In this document: in pieces, positions 18,209-26,560 of the stretch
Position numbering within the stretch: position 1 is the first letter of the stretch
How the letters are laid out: each line of letters begins with the position of its first letter
Notes under the pieces: generated by a model
Told to the model about the DNA's origin: nothing
Seen by the model: only the letters and a program-made list of their open reading frames with translations
Database searches by the model: none
Position numbers and translations under genes: made by a program
Source of the DNA: Gemmatimonadales bacterium
GTDB taxonomy: Bacteria > Gemmatimonadota > Gemmatimonadetes > Gemmatimonadales > GWC2-71-9
Assembly: GCA_036004985.1 (NCBI GenBank)
Contig: DASYQX010000073.1
Coordinates: forward strand, 10,713 to 74,712
Reading direction: 5' to 3'
DNA: 64,000 nt

Positions 18209-18215
18209 ACCCTCC

Positions 18216-19661
18216 ATGAAGTACTTCGTCACCGGCGCGACGGGGTTCATCGGCGGGCGGCTCGTCCGCCAGCTCCGCGGCGCCGGGCACGACGTCCGCG
18301 CCCTCGTCCGCTCCCCTTCCAAAGCCAAAGACCTCGCCAGCCTCGGCGTCGCCCTCCACGCCGGCGACATCACCGACAAGAACTCAATGCGCGCGGGGAT
18401 GGCCGGCGTGGACGGCGTGTTCCACCTCGCCGGCTGGTACAAGATCGGCGTCCGCCAGCACGGCGAGGCCGAGCGCAGCAACGTCCAGGGAACCCGCCAC
18501 GTCCTCGAGCTGATGCGGGAGCTCGAGATCCCCAAGGGCGTGTACACCAGCACGCTCGCGGTTTTCTCCGACACGCACGGCTGGGTGGGCGACGAGTCCT
18601 ACCGCTTCGACGGGCCCTGGCTCTCGGAATACGACCGCAGCAAGTGGGCCGCCCATCACCAGGTGGCGCTACCGATGGTCCGGGAGGGACTGCCGCTGGT
18701 GATCGTGCTGCCGGGCGTCGTGTACGGCCCGGGTGACCCCAGCGTGATCGGCAATCTGCTCCGTCAGTACGTGGCGCGGACGCTCCCGATCCGCCCCCAC
18801 GGTGCGGCGTTCTGCTGGGGCCACGTGGACGACACGGCCCGCGGACACGTCCTCGCGATGGAGAAGGGACGTCCCGGGGAGTGCTACATCCTCGCCGGGC
18901 CCCCGCACACGCTCGAGGAAGTGCTGGAGATCGCGGAGCGGATCACCGGGATCCGCCCGCCCCGGCTCCGGCCCCCGGCGTTCCTGCTCCGGGCAATGGC
19001 CGCCGTGGCGAGCGCCGTCGAGAAGGTCATCCCGCTGCCGCAGACGTACAGCAGCGAGACGCTGCGCATCGCGGCGGGCGTCACGTATCTGGCGAGCAGC
19101 GAAAAGGCGCAGCGCGAGCTGGGGTTCGCGCCACGCCCGCTCGAGGAAGGCCTGCGGGAGACACTGGAGCACGAGATGGCAATCTTGGGAAAAAGGGAAA
19201 GGGGAATGGGGAATGGCGAGGCGATCCCCACCGTGGCACCGGCGGTTCCCGCCGACTTGCCAGAGATTCTGTCCCTCCTCGCAGCGAGCAAGCTGCCAGC
19301 GGCCGGGATCGCAGACCACGTCGCCACGACACTCGTCGCGCGCCAGGGTGGGAAGATCGTCGGGTGCGCGGCCGTGGAGATCTACGGCACGGCAGGATTG
19401 CTGCGGTCCGTGGCGGTAGCTACCGCCCGCCGCGGTACGGGGCTGGGACAGCGGCTGACTGCAGCAGCCCTCGAGCTGGCCGCACAACGCGGGGTCCGAG
19501 CCGTCTACCTGCTCACGACTACAGCCGGCGACTACTTCCCGCGGTTCGGCTTCAAGCCGATCGACCGAAAGACGATGGACCCGGCCTTGGAGCGGTCGGA
19601 GGAGCTGCGCGGCGCCTGCCCGGCGAGTGCCCTCGCGATGCGTGCCGACCTGCGCACGTGA
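18216..19661 (+). CDS. NAD-dependent epimerase/dehydratase fused in frame to a GNAT (ArsN2-like) N-acetyltransferase
   Basis: MKYFVTGATGFIGGRLV Rossmann start. The C-terminal ~150 aa read ...LLRSVAVATARRGTGLGQRL...YFPRFGFKP (GNAT). There is no stop between the two parts. Confidence 0.8.
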   Translation: MKYFVTGATGFIGGRLVRQLRGAGHDVRALVRSPSKAKDLASLGVALHAGDITDKNSMRAGMAGVDGVFHLAGWYKIGVRQHGEAERSNVQGTRHVLELMRELEIPKGVYTSTLAVFSDTHGWVGDESYRFDGPWLSEYDRSKWAAHHQVALPMVREGLPLVIVLPGVVYGPGDPSVIGNLLRQYVARTLPIRPHGAAFCWGHVDDTARGHVLAMEKGRPGECYILAGPPHTLEEVLEIAERITGIRPPRLRPPAFLLRAMAAVASAVEKVIPLPQTYSSETLRIAAGVTYLASSEKAQRELGFAPRPLEEGLRETLEHEMAILGKRERGMGNGEAIPTVAPAVPADLPEILSLLAASKLPAAGIADHVATTLVARQGGKIVGCAAVEIYGTAGLLRSVAVATARRGTGLGQRLTAAALELAAQRGVRAVYLLTTTAGDYFPRFGFKPIDRKTMDPALERSEELRGACPASALAMRADLRT

Positions 19662-19768
19662 AGCAGCTCGTCATCCCACGCTACGGGCCCCCCGAGGTCC
19701 TCGAGGTGCGGGAAGCGCCCGACCCGCCAGTCGAGCCGGGGACGGCGCGGATCCGCGTGGCGCAACGT
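19658..19768 (+). pseudogene. N-terminal remnant of an MDR-family quinone oxidoreductase / zinc alcohol dehydrogenase
   Basis: V-KQLVIPRYGPPEVLEVREAPDPPVEPGTARIRVA matches the GroES-like N-terminus of QOR proteins. GTG overlaps the upstream stop (GTGA). Similarity ends after ~36 aa and the frame runs into the palindromic element. Confidence 0.45.
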
Positions 19769-19793
19769 CGGGAAGGTCGTGTTGGTACTCTGA

Positions 19794-19855
19794 GGTGTCG
19801 GGTGCCGGGTGCCGGGTATGCATATCCCGACACCCGATACCTGACACCCGACACC
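19794..19855. repeat. imperfect palindrome built from GYCGGGT words
   Basis: GGTGTCGGGTGCCGGGTGCCGGGTAT-GCAT-ATCCCGACACCCGATACCTGACACCCGACACC. The outer 11 bp are perfectly complementary. Abuts the dnaJ stop codon and may act as a terminator. Confidence 0.6.
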
Positions 19856-20928
19856 TAGTATTTCAGTCCCGTCTTCTCCGCGAACGCCTTCACCGCCGCC
19901 TCCTGCTCCGCACTGAGCCGCTCCGGAATCTCGACGTGCACCTCGACATACTGGTCACCGCGGCGGCCGTTCTTCTCGATCCCCTGCCCCGGGATCCGGA
20001 ACTTCTGGCCGTGTTGGGTGCCGGGGGGCAGCTTGAGCACCACGCGCCTGCCGTCGAGCGTTTTTACTTTGATCCGCGAGCCGAGCATCGCCTGCGCGAG
20101 ATTGATCGGCACGACACACATGACGTCCAGTCCCTCGCGCCGGAAGAAGCGGTCGGGCTCGATCTGGATCTGAACGACGACGTCCCCTTTTCCCTTCGGG
20201 CCCTGGTCTTTGATCCGCACCAGCGTGCCATCCTCGGTCCCCGGGGGGATCGTCACGTTGAGCCGCTTCTCGACCTTCACTTCCCCGCTCCCCTGGCAGG
20301 TGCCGCAGCGCTGGGAGGGCACGGTGCCCTTGCCGCGGCACACAGGGCACGGCCGGTTCACGGCGAAGCCGCCCTGGCCGAACGAGATCGTGCCGCGTCC
20401 CTTGCACTCGGGACACGTCGAGATGGTCGCCCCCGGTGCCGCACCCTTGCCGCCGCACGTGGGGCACACCTCCGACATCGTGAGGGTGATGGGGATCTGC
20501 CCGCCCAATGCCGCCACGCGGAACGGGATGGAGACGGTCGTCTCGATCTCCTCGACCGCCTCGCGCGCCTCCGCCCCACCACGCCGCCCGAAGATCGACG
20601 AAAACAGATCGCCGAGCCCGCCGAACGAGCCGAGGTCGGAGAGGTCGAAGTCGACGGACTCGGCGCCCCCGCGGCGGCTGCCACCCGCACCCGCGCCGGC
20701 GAATGCGCCGTAGCGGCGCAGCTGATCGTACTTCTTCCGCTTCTCGGGGTCGCTCAGGACATCGTGCGCCTCGTTGATCTCCTTGAAGCGCTCCGCCGCC
20801 TGCGGATTGTTGGGATTGCGATCAGGATGGTGCTGCTTCGCGAGGCGGCGGAACGTCTTCTTGATCTCGTTCGTCGTGGCCGTCTCGGGAAGGCCGAGCA
20901 CCTGGTAGTAGTCGCGCTGGGGGGCCAT
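19855..20928 (-). CDS. dnaJ: molecular chaperone DnaJ
   Basis: J domain (DYYQVLGL...HPD), G-rich linker, four CxxCxGxG zinc motifs, C-terminal domains. Confidence 0.95.
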   Translation of the reverse strand: MAPQRDYYQVLGLPETATTNEIKKTFRRLAKQHHPDRNPNNPQAAERFKEINEAHDVLSDPEKRKKYDQLRRYGAFAGAGAGGSRRGGAESVDFDLSDLGSFGGLGDLFSSIFGRRGGAEAREAVEEIETTVSIPFRVAALGGQIPITLTMSEVCPTCGGKGAAPGATISTCPECKGRGTISFGQGGFAVNRPCPVCRGKGTVPSQRCGTCQGSGEVKVEKRLNVTIPPGTEDGTLVRIKDQGPKGKGDVVVQIQIEPDRFFRREGLDVMCVVPINLAQAMLGSRIKVKTLDGRRVVLKLPPGTQHGQKFRIPGQGIEKNGRRGDQYVEVHVEIPERLSAEQEAAVKAFAEKTGLKY

Positions 20929-21494
20929 CACTCACCCTGCCAGGTCAGCACGACCACGCGCGCGGGCCGAAGCAGCTGGTCGCGCAGCTTGTACCCCGCC
21001 TGGAGCACCTGGCCTACTGTATGGTCCTGCTCCGGCGCCGCGGCCGGCTGCGTCGTCACCGCCTCATGGACCGCGGGGTCGAACGGCACGCCGGCTTGGT
21101 CGATCCGGGTCACTCCCGCCGCCTCGAGCTCCTTCCACATCTTGCGCTCGACCAGATCCACGCCGTCGTGAATCGTCTTGGCGTCGGTCTGGGCCGGGTC
21201 GACGTGCGCAAACCGCGACAGGTCGTCGAGGGCGTCCGCCAGCCGTTGTACGAGCTCCGCTTGCGCCCTGATCCACGCCTCGGCGCGCTCCTTGGCCATG
21301 CGTTTCCGATAGTTGTCGTATTCGGCCGCCAGGCGCAGATGCCGGTCCTTGAGCGCGTCCAGCTCCGCCTGGAGCCGCACGACCGCCTCCCCGGGCGGCT
21401 CGACCGGGAGGGGCGCCTCGGGCAGCGCGTCCGCGGTGGGAGCTGTGGGCTCCACAGCTTCGGCGTCGTTGGGGCGATGCTTCTTGTCGGTCAT
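20928..21494 (-). CDS. grpE: nucleotide exchange factor GrpE
   Basis: LRLAAEYDNYRKRMAKE and a C-terminal beta domain (PFDPAVHEAV). Its stop overlaps the dnaJ start. Confidence 0.9.
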   Translation of the reverse strand: MTDKKHRPNDAEAVEPTAPTADALPEAPLPVEPPGEAVVRLQAELDALKDRHLRLAAEYDNYRKRMAKERAEAWIRAQAELVQRLADALDDLSRFAHVDPAQTDAKTIHDGVDLVERKMWKELEAAGVTRIDQAGVPFDPAVHEAVTTQPAAAPEQDHTVGQVLQAGYKLRDQLLRPARVVVLTWQGE

Positions 21495-21634
21495 AGTCTC
21501 CGGACTGCGTGAGCAACCAGCGTGCCGCGCCCAGCACGCCGTTTTGGCCGAACGCCAACCGGGAGCGTGCACGGAACTTTCAGTCTGACAACAAGATAGA
21601 CGACGAGACGGGGCCTGTCGAGCATGCGCAAGGA

Positions 21635-22489
21635 TTACGGACGGACTGGCTGGGGAGTTCCACCGGGACCCAGCGCGACATACCTCGCGAGAAATGCCAC
21701 CATGTCCCCTACCACACGCTCCCGCTGCGGATCATTCAGCACTTCGTGATACATCTCGGGATACCACCGCACCTCGACCGTTCCTTGCAAGCCGTCGGCG
21801 AACGCGCGCGCGAGATGTGCGTCCACGATCCGGTCCTCGCCCGCCAATAGGAACAAGAGTGGGCAGTCGATGCGGTGACCGTCGGCGACGACGGCGCGTT
21901 GGGCCCACTGGATCTCGGCCCACGCGCCCGGCGTCATCACGTCGTGGCAGGCGGTATCCGCCGCCCAAGCCGCATTGACCGCGTGGTCACGCGAGAGCTG
22001 ATCGCTGTCGACCCGCGCCCGCACGCGGAGTGTGGGCCACAGGTCGGCGAGCACGCGGCCGGTGAGCCGTTGCCAAGCCCGCGGGGCACGCCACAGACCC
22101 AACCAGGGGCTCGAGACGACGGCGGCGGCGAGGGGATCGCCCGGTTGGGTTTCGAGGTAGCGCAGCGCGACCAGCCCACCGAACGAGTGGCCGACGAGCA
22201 CTTGCGGCGCCGTACTGCGCTGGCGCACCGCCCGGCGGAACGCCTGGAGGTCGCCGAGCAGCTGGCTGAAGCGCGACAAGTGCCCCTGCCGGCCCCCGGA
22301 CCGCCCGTGGCCCCGCTGATCGAGCAGGTAGGCGGCCAGTCCAGCGCGCTTCAAATGCTCCCCGGTGCTCGCCCAGCGTCCCGCATGATCGGACCAGCCG
22401 TGCAAGAACAACACGGCCGCGGCGGGCCGCGCGGGCTCGTACGCGTCGAACGTGAGGGGCGTGCCGTCGGGGGCGTTGAAGCGCGTCAT
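21635..22489 (-). CDS. alpha/beta hydrolase (lysophospholipase / monoacylglycerol lipase-like)
   Basis: LFLHGWSDHAGRW, nucleophile elbow GHSFGG, C-terminal YHEVLND. Confidence 0.85.
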   Translation of the reverse strand: MTRFNAPDGTPLTFDAYEPARPAAAVLFLHGWSDHAGRWASTGEHLKRAGLAAYLLDQRGHGRSGGRQGHLSRFSQLLGDLQAFRRAVRQRSTAPQVLVGHSFGGLVALRYLETQPGDPLAAAVVSSPWLGLWRAPRAWQRLTGRVLADLWPTLRVRARVDSDQLSRDHAVNAAWAADTACHDVMTPGAWAEIQWAQRAVVADGHRIDCPLLFLLAGEDRIVDAHLARAFADGLQGTVEVRWYPEMYHEVLNDPQRERVVGDMVAFLARYVALGPGGTPQPVRP

Positions 22490-23745
22490 CGCTCCCCCTG
22501 CAACTGCCGACGCAAGAGATCCATGGCGGCCTGTGCCGCGCGCGCCCGGATCTCGCCCCGGTCGCCGGGGAAGACGCGCTTCAGGGCGCGCGTGTCGGCG
22601 CCAAGCCGCGCCGCGAGCCACACCGTGCCGACCGGCTTGTCCGGGGTCCCCCCCGACGGCCCCGCGATGCCGGTGACGGCGAGCGCCGCCCATGCCTCGA
22701 AACGGCGCTGAGCGCCCTCGGCCATCGCGCGGACGGTCTCCTCGGAGACGGCACCGTGCGCCTCGATGATCGCGGGGGGTACGTCGAGCAGCTCGGTTTT
22801 TACGGCGTCGTCATAGGCCACGACGCCGCCCACGAACACATCGGAAGCCCCGGGGACGGCGGTGAGCCGCCCCGCGAGCAGCCCGCCGGTGCACGACTCC
22901 CCCACGGCGAGCCGGCCGCTGCGCGCCCGCAGCGTGTCGAGCACGACCGCCGCGAGGTCAGCGCCGTCCTCACCGTAGCAGTGATCGCCCAGGCGCGCCC
23001 CGAGAAGCTCGGCTGCGGCCGCGAGGCGCTTCGCGGCTTCGTCGCCCGTCAGCGACCACGCGGTGAGGCGCAGGTCCACCCCGTCTACCGAGGGCAGGTA
23101 GGCGAGTGTCAACGGCGCGATTGCTTCCTCCATGGGCCCGACTCGCTCGGCGAGTGCCGACTCCGGGACGCCGGTCGTGCGCAGGGTGCGCGACTGCACG
23201 ACGCGCGCGCCGCCTTCGAGGCGTCGCGTGCGCTCGGCGATGCGCGGCAGGACCTCCTCGACGAGCAGCCCGCGCATCTCGCTCGGCACGCCGGGGAGCA
23301 GGACCGCGACGCGGCCGCGGGCGTCCTCGAGCCACAGGCCCGGCGCTGTCCCCCTCGGGTTCGGCAGGACCGTCGCCCCGTCGGGGACCTCGGCCTGGGT
23401 GCGGTTCACGGCGGGCATGGGCCGGCCGAAGCGGCGGAACCGCGCCTCGAGGCTCCGCAGGACCGCGTCGTCGAGCCGCAGCGGCATCCCGAACAGCGCC
23501 GCGACCTCACGCTTGGTCATGTCGTCGCGCGTCGGGCCGAGCCCGCCGGTGGCGATCACGCAGCCGGTGCGATCGAGGGCGTCGGCGACGGCGGCGCGGA
23601 TCGCGTCGGGGCGATCCGCGACTGTCACGTGCCGGACGACTTCGGCGCCCGCGGCGGCGAGGGCCCGGGCCAGCTCGGGGGCGTTCGTGTCGGGCGTCAG
23701 GCCCAGCACCAGTTCGGTGCCGATGGTGACGACCTCGAGCTTCAC
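22486..23745 (-). CDS. cinA: competence/damage-inducible protein CinA (MoCF-binding + PncC-like deamidase domains)
   Basis: V-KLEVVTIGTELVLG...GGLGPTRDDMT N-terminal domain and C-terminal ESCTGGLLA motif. GTG start overlaps the pgsA stop (GTGA). Confidence 0.85.
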   Translation of the reverse strand: MKLEVVTIGTELVLGLTPDTNAPELARALAAAGAEVVRHVTVADRPDAIRAAVADALDRTGCVIATGGLGPTRDDMTKREVAALFGMPLRLDDAVLRSLEARFRRFGRPMPAVNRTQAEVPDGATVLPNPRGTAPGLWLEDARGRVAVLLPGVPSEMRGLLVEEVLPRIAERTRRLEGGARVVQSRTLRTTGVPESALAERVGPMEEAIAPLTLAYLPSVDGVDLRLTAWSLTGDEAAKRLAAAAELLGARLGDHCYGEDGADLAAVVLDTLRARSGRLAVGESCTGGLLAGRLTAVPGASDVFVGGVVAYDDAVKTELLDVPPAIIEAHGAVSEETVRAMAEGAQRRFEAWAALAVTGIAGPSGGTPDKPVGTVWLAARLGADTRALKRVFPGDRGEIRARAAQAAMDLLRRQLQGER

Positions 23746-24383
23746 GTGTCGACTTTGAGGAGCGCCCGGTAGCGGTACAGGTAGACGCCGAGGGAGTACA
23801 CCGTCAGGACGATCGCGCCGGCGAGCGTGACGGCCACGACAGTGCCGTGGAACTTGTCCCAGAAGTTCCGAAACGCGCCGGCGATGTGGTGGGCGGCGAT
23901 GGCGTCCTTCCAGGCGAACCACGCGATCGTCGCGCCGATGAACACGTTCTGGACGACGGCCTTGGCCTTGCCCGCCCCCACCGCCGGGATCACGACGCCG
24001 CGCCGCTTGGCGAAGAAGCGAAAGGCCGTGATCAAGACTTCCCGACCGACCAGGAGCAGGGCGACCCACACCGGGAGGCTGCCCCACCAGGGGATCCGAT
24101 AGTCCACCAGGATGGTCGGGTGGCGGGTGATCCAGAAGATGGGGATCAGGGTCGCGAAGAGGAGGAGCTTGTCGGCGATCGGGTCGAGGAGCTGGCCCAG
24201 CTCGCTGACGGTGTTGGAGCGTCGCGCGAGCCAGCCGTCGATGGCGTCGGAGATCGCCGCCACGAGGAAGATCCCGAGCGCAATGACCTTGGGCCAGTAG
24301 CCCTGGATGAACGGCAGCAGCGCGATGACCGGCGTGAGGCAGATGCGGGCCAGCGTGATGATGTTGGGCAGGGTCCAGCGCAT
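23742..24383 (-). CDS. pgsA: CDP-diacylglycerol--glycerol-3-phosphate 3-phosphatidyltransferase
   Basis: CDP-alcohol phosphatidyltransferase motif DAIDGWLAR...G..LDPIADK, multiple TM helices. Confidence 0.85.
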   Translation of the reverse strand: MRWTLPNIITLARICLTPVIALLPFIQGYWPKVIALGIFLVAAISDAIDGWLARRSNTVSELGQLLDPIADKLLLFATLIPIFWITRHPTILVDYRIPWWGSLPVWVALLLVGREVLITAFRFFAKRRGVVIPAVGAGKAKAVVQNVFIGATIAWFAWKDAIAAHHIAGAFRNFWDKFHGTVVAVTLAGAIVLTVYSLGVYLYRYRALLKVDT

Positions 24384-24397
24384 CGGACCGGCGCCTT

Positions 24398-25072
24398 TCA
24401 GCTCAGCGTCTTCAGCACCAGCTTGCTGACCGCTTTCAGCGTGTCGAAGACGCCGTCTCCGCGGGTCGCCACGGCTTCGTGATAAGGGGCGCGGCCCACC
24501 CACTCGCCGCCCGTCTTCTCGATCAGGTTCTCTCCCGGGTGGCCCGGGTCGGGCGTCACCTTTTGCTGCGCCGCGTCTTCGATCGGCCAGCCGGGGTTGA
24601 GCGCCGCCTGCAGCTCCTTGATGGGAGCGGCGTTGGGGAGGTCGCGCTTGTTGTACTGGATCGTGAACGGAATCTTGGTCAGGTCGTACCCGTACTCGGC
24701 CATGTTGTCGTACAGGTTCTGCATCGACTCGACGTTCGCCTCCATCCGCTCGATCTGGCTGTCCGCCACGAACACGATGCCGTCCACACCCTTCAAGATC
24801 AGCTTGCGGCTGGCGTTGTAGTAGACCTGGCCGGGGACCGTGTACAGGTGGAACCGCGTCTTGAAGCCGCGGATCGTGCCGAGATCGACCGGAAGGAAGT
24901 CGAAGAACAGCGTGCGCTCCGTCTCGGTCGCGAGCGAGATCATCTTGCCGCGTGTATTGGGCGAGACCTTGCCGTAGATGTGCTCGAGATTGGTGGTCTT
25001 GCCGCCGAGACCGGGGCCGTAGTAGACCAACTTGCAGTTGATCTCGCGGGACGCGTAGTTGATCATCGACAT
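24398..25072 (-). CDS. mglA: MglA-type Ras-like small GTPase (with ~35-aa internal insertion)
   Basis: [20 protein letters not shown]-loop, [31 protein letters not shown]. Very close to Myxococcus MglA as I recall it. Confidence 0.9.
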   Translation of the reverse strand: MSMINYASREINCKLVYYGPGLGGKTTNLEHIYGKVSPNTRGKMISLATETERTLFFDFLPVDLGTIRGFKTRFHLYTVPGQVYYNASRKLILKGVDGIVFVADSQIERMEANVESMQNLYDNMAEYGYDLTKIPFTIQYNKRDLPNAAPIKELQAALNPGWPIEDAAQQKVTPDPGHPGENLIEKTGGEWVGRAPYHEAVATRGDGVFDTLKAVSKLVLKTLS

Positions 25073-25084
25073 GGGCGCGTCCCT

Positions 25085-25570
25085 CTAACCGAAGAGTTTG
25101 TCAATTTCGTCTTCCGCCCCTGCGAGCAAGCCCTTTTCCTGGCCCGGCCCGGCGCCCACACGATTGAACATCTCGGCGAAGACCTTGTTGAGGTTCTCGA
25201 CCGCGGCCTTGGCCTTGAGCTTCACGAGGCCGAGGGTGGCGCGCTGGTCGAAGAGCACGACCAGGATGACCCGCTTGGCGATGTCGGCGAGATACATCGA
25301 TTCCCGCTGGCCCTGATGGACCAGGGAGGCAAACTCGGGCTCGCCGATCATCTTGGCGAGCTGATCGTTGGCGCTGAAGTCGGCGGCGGTGAGCGAGGCA
25401 AATGCGGTGGGGTCGAACTGCGGGGTCTCGCCCACGGTGGCGACCAGTTGGCCGGTACGGTCGACGAGCAGGGCGCAGCGGGCGTTCGAATCCCGCAGGA
25501 ACGCCGAGAGGTATTGCTGGATCTGCTTGAAATCGCTCTCACTGAACGACCAGCTCGCCGCCCCCGCCAT
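25085..25570 (-). CDS. mglB: MglB-like Roadblock/LC7 domain protein (GTPase-activating partner)
   Basis: Roadblock/LC7-type sequence (ALLVDRTGQLVATVG...) immediately upstream of mglA. AGGAGG lies before the ATG. Confidence 0.85.
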   Translation of the reverse strand: MAGAASWSFSESDFKQIQQYLSAFLRDSNARCALLVDRTGQLVATVGETPQFDPTAFASLTAADFSANDQLAKMIGEPEFASLVHQGQRESMYLADIAKRVILVVLFDQRATLGLVKLKAKAAVENLNKVFAEMFNRVGAGPGQEKGLLAGAEDEIDKLFG

Positions 25571-25582
25571 GCGCCTCCTAGG

Positions 25583-26200
25583 TCACTCGGTCTCGGACAT
25601 GTCGCGCCGGGCCGACAACGCCTGGGCGATCGTCACCGCGTCGGCGTACTCGAGGTCGCCTCCGACCGGGAGCCCGCGCGCGATCCGCGTGACCCGGACC
25701 CCGGTCGGCTTCAACACCTGCTGGAGGTAGGTGGCCGTCGCTTCGCCCTCCATCGAGGGGTTGGTGGCGACGATCACCTCCCGCACGCCAGAGCCGGAGC
25801 CGCCGGAGCCGTTGGCCACCCGCGCCACCAGCCGATCGAGGTGGAGGGCGTCGGGGCCCATGCCCTCAAGCGGGGACAGCCGACCCCCCAGGACGTGATA
25901 GCGCCCGCGGTAGCGGCCGGCCCGCTCGATAGCGCCCACGTCGGCCGACTCTTCGACGACGCACAGCAACGCCCCGTCCCGCCGAGGATCACGGCAGATC
26001 GGACAGGGGTCCTCTTCGGCGAGGTTGCCGCACGTCCCGCACGCTTGCACTTGGCCGCGCACCCGCCGGATGGCCGCCGCCAGGCGTTCCGCGGCGTCCG
26101 CCGGCTGTTTGAGCAGGTGAAACGTGAGCCGCTGCGCCGTTTTCCGTCCGATGCCGGGGAGCTTGGCGAGCTCCGCCACGAGCTCCTCGATGGCCGACAC
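25583..26200 (-). CDS. recR: recombination protein RecR
   Basis: LPGIGRKTAQRL HhH motif, C4 zinc finger CGTCGN...CPIC, Toprim domain. Confidence 0.95.
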   Translation of the reverse strand: MSAIEELVAELAKLPGIGRKTAQRLTFHLLKQPADAAERLAAAIRRVRGQVQACGTCGNLAEEDPCPICRDPRRDGALLCVVEESADVGAIERAGRYRGRYHVLGGRLSPLEGMGPDALHLDRLVARVANGSGGSGSGVREVIVATNPSMEGEATATYLQQVLKPTGVRVTRIARGLPVGGDLEYADAVTIAQALSARRDMSETE

Positions 26201-26205
26201 GGATC

Positions 26206-26523
26206 CTACAGCGGCAACTGAAACGGGAACGGCAGGCCCGACGCCAGCTTCCGCACTTCGGCCTGGTAGAGCTCGGCCGCGCGCTTCTGCGCCTCCGCCA
26301 CCGCGGCGAGCACGAGATCCTCCAGCATCTCGACGTCGCCCTGACTGACCGCCTGCGGGTCGATCTTGATGGCGCGAATCTGGCCGCGCCCGTCGGCCGT
26401 GGCCTGCACCATGCCGCCCCCGGCCGATACCGTCACGGTTTGCTGGGCCAGCTGGGACTGGATCTCCGACAGCCGCCCCTGCATCTGCTGGCTCAGCTGG
26501 AGCAGGCTGGATAAATCCGCCAT
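26206..26523 (-). CDS. ybaB: YbaB/EbfC family nucleoid-associated protein
   Basis: MADLSSLLQLSQQMQGRL...VSAGGGMV...G.I..IKIDP is the typical YbaB sequence. A TTG at 26559 is an alternative start. Confidence 0.9.
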   Translation of the reverse strand: MADLSSLLQLSQQMQGRLSEIQSQLAQQTVTVSAGGGMVQATADGRGQIRAIKIDPQAVSQGDVEMLEDLVLAAVAEAQKRAAELYQAEVRKLASGLPFPFQLPL

Positions 26524-26530
26524 ACGTCGA

Positions 26531-26536
26531 AAGTTA
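26531..26536 (-). promoter_or_regulatory. putative -10 box TAACTT, 7 nt before ATG 26523
   Basis: Minus strand reads ggGTAACTTtcgacgtATG. Possible internal promoter directly after dnaX. Confidence 0.3.
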
Positions 26537-26560
26537 CCCCTCGTCAGAATGGGTGGCAAG

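Noticed and set aside
21495-21634. CIRCE (HrcA operator) upstream of grpE.
   Set aside because: No TTAGCACTC-N9-GAGTGCTAA-like inverted repeat is present on either strand.
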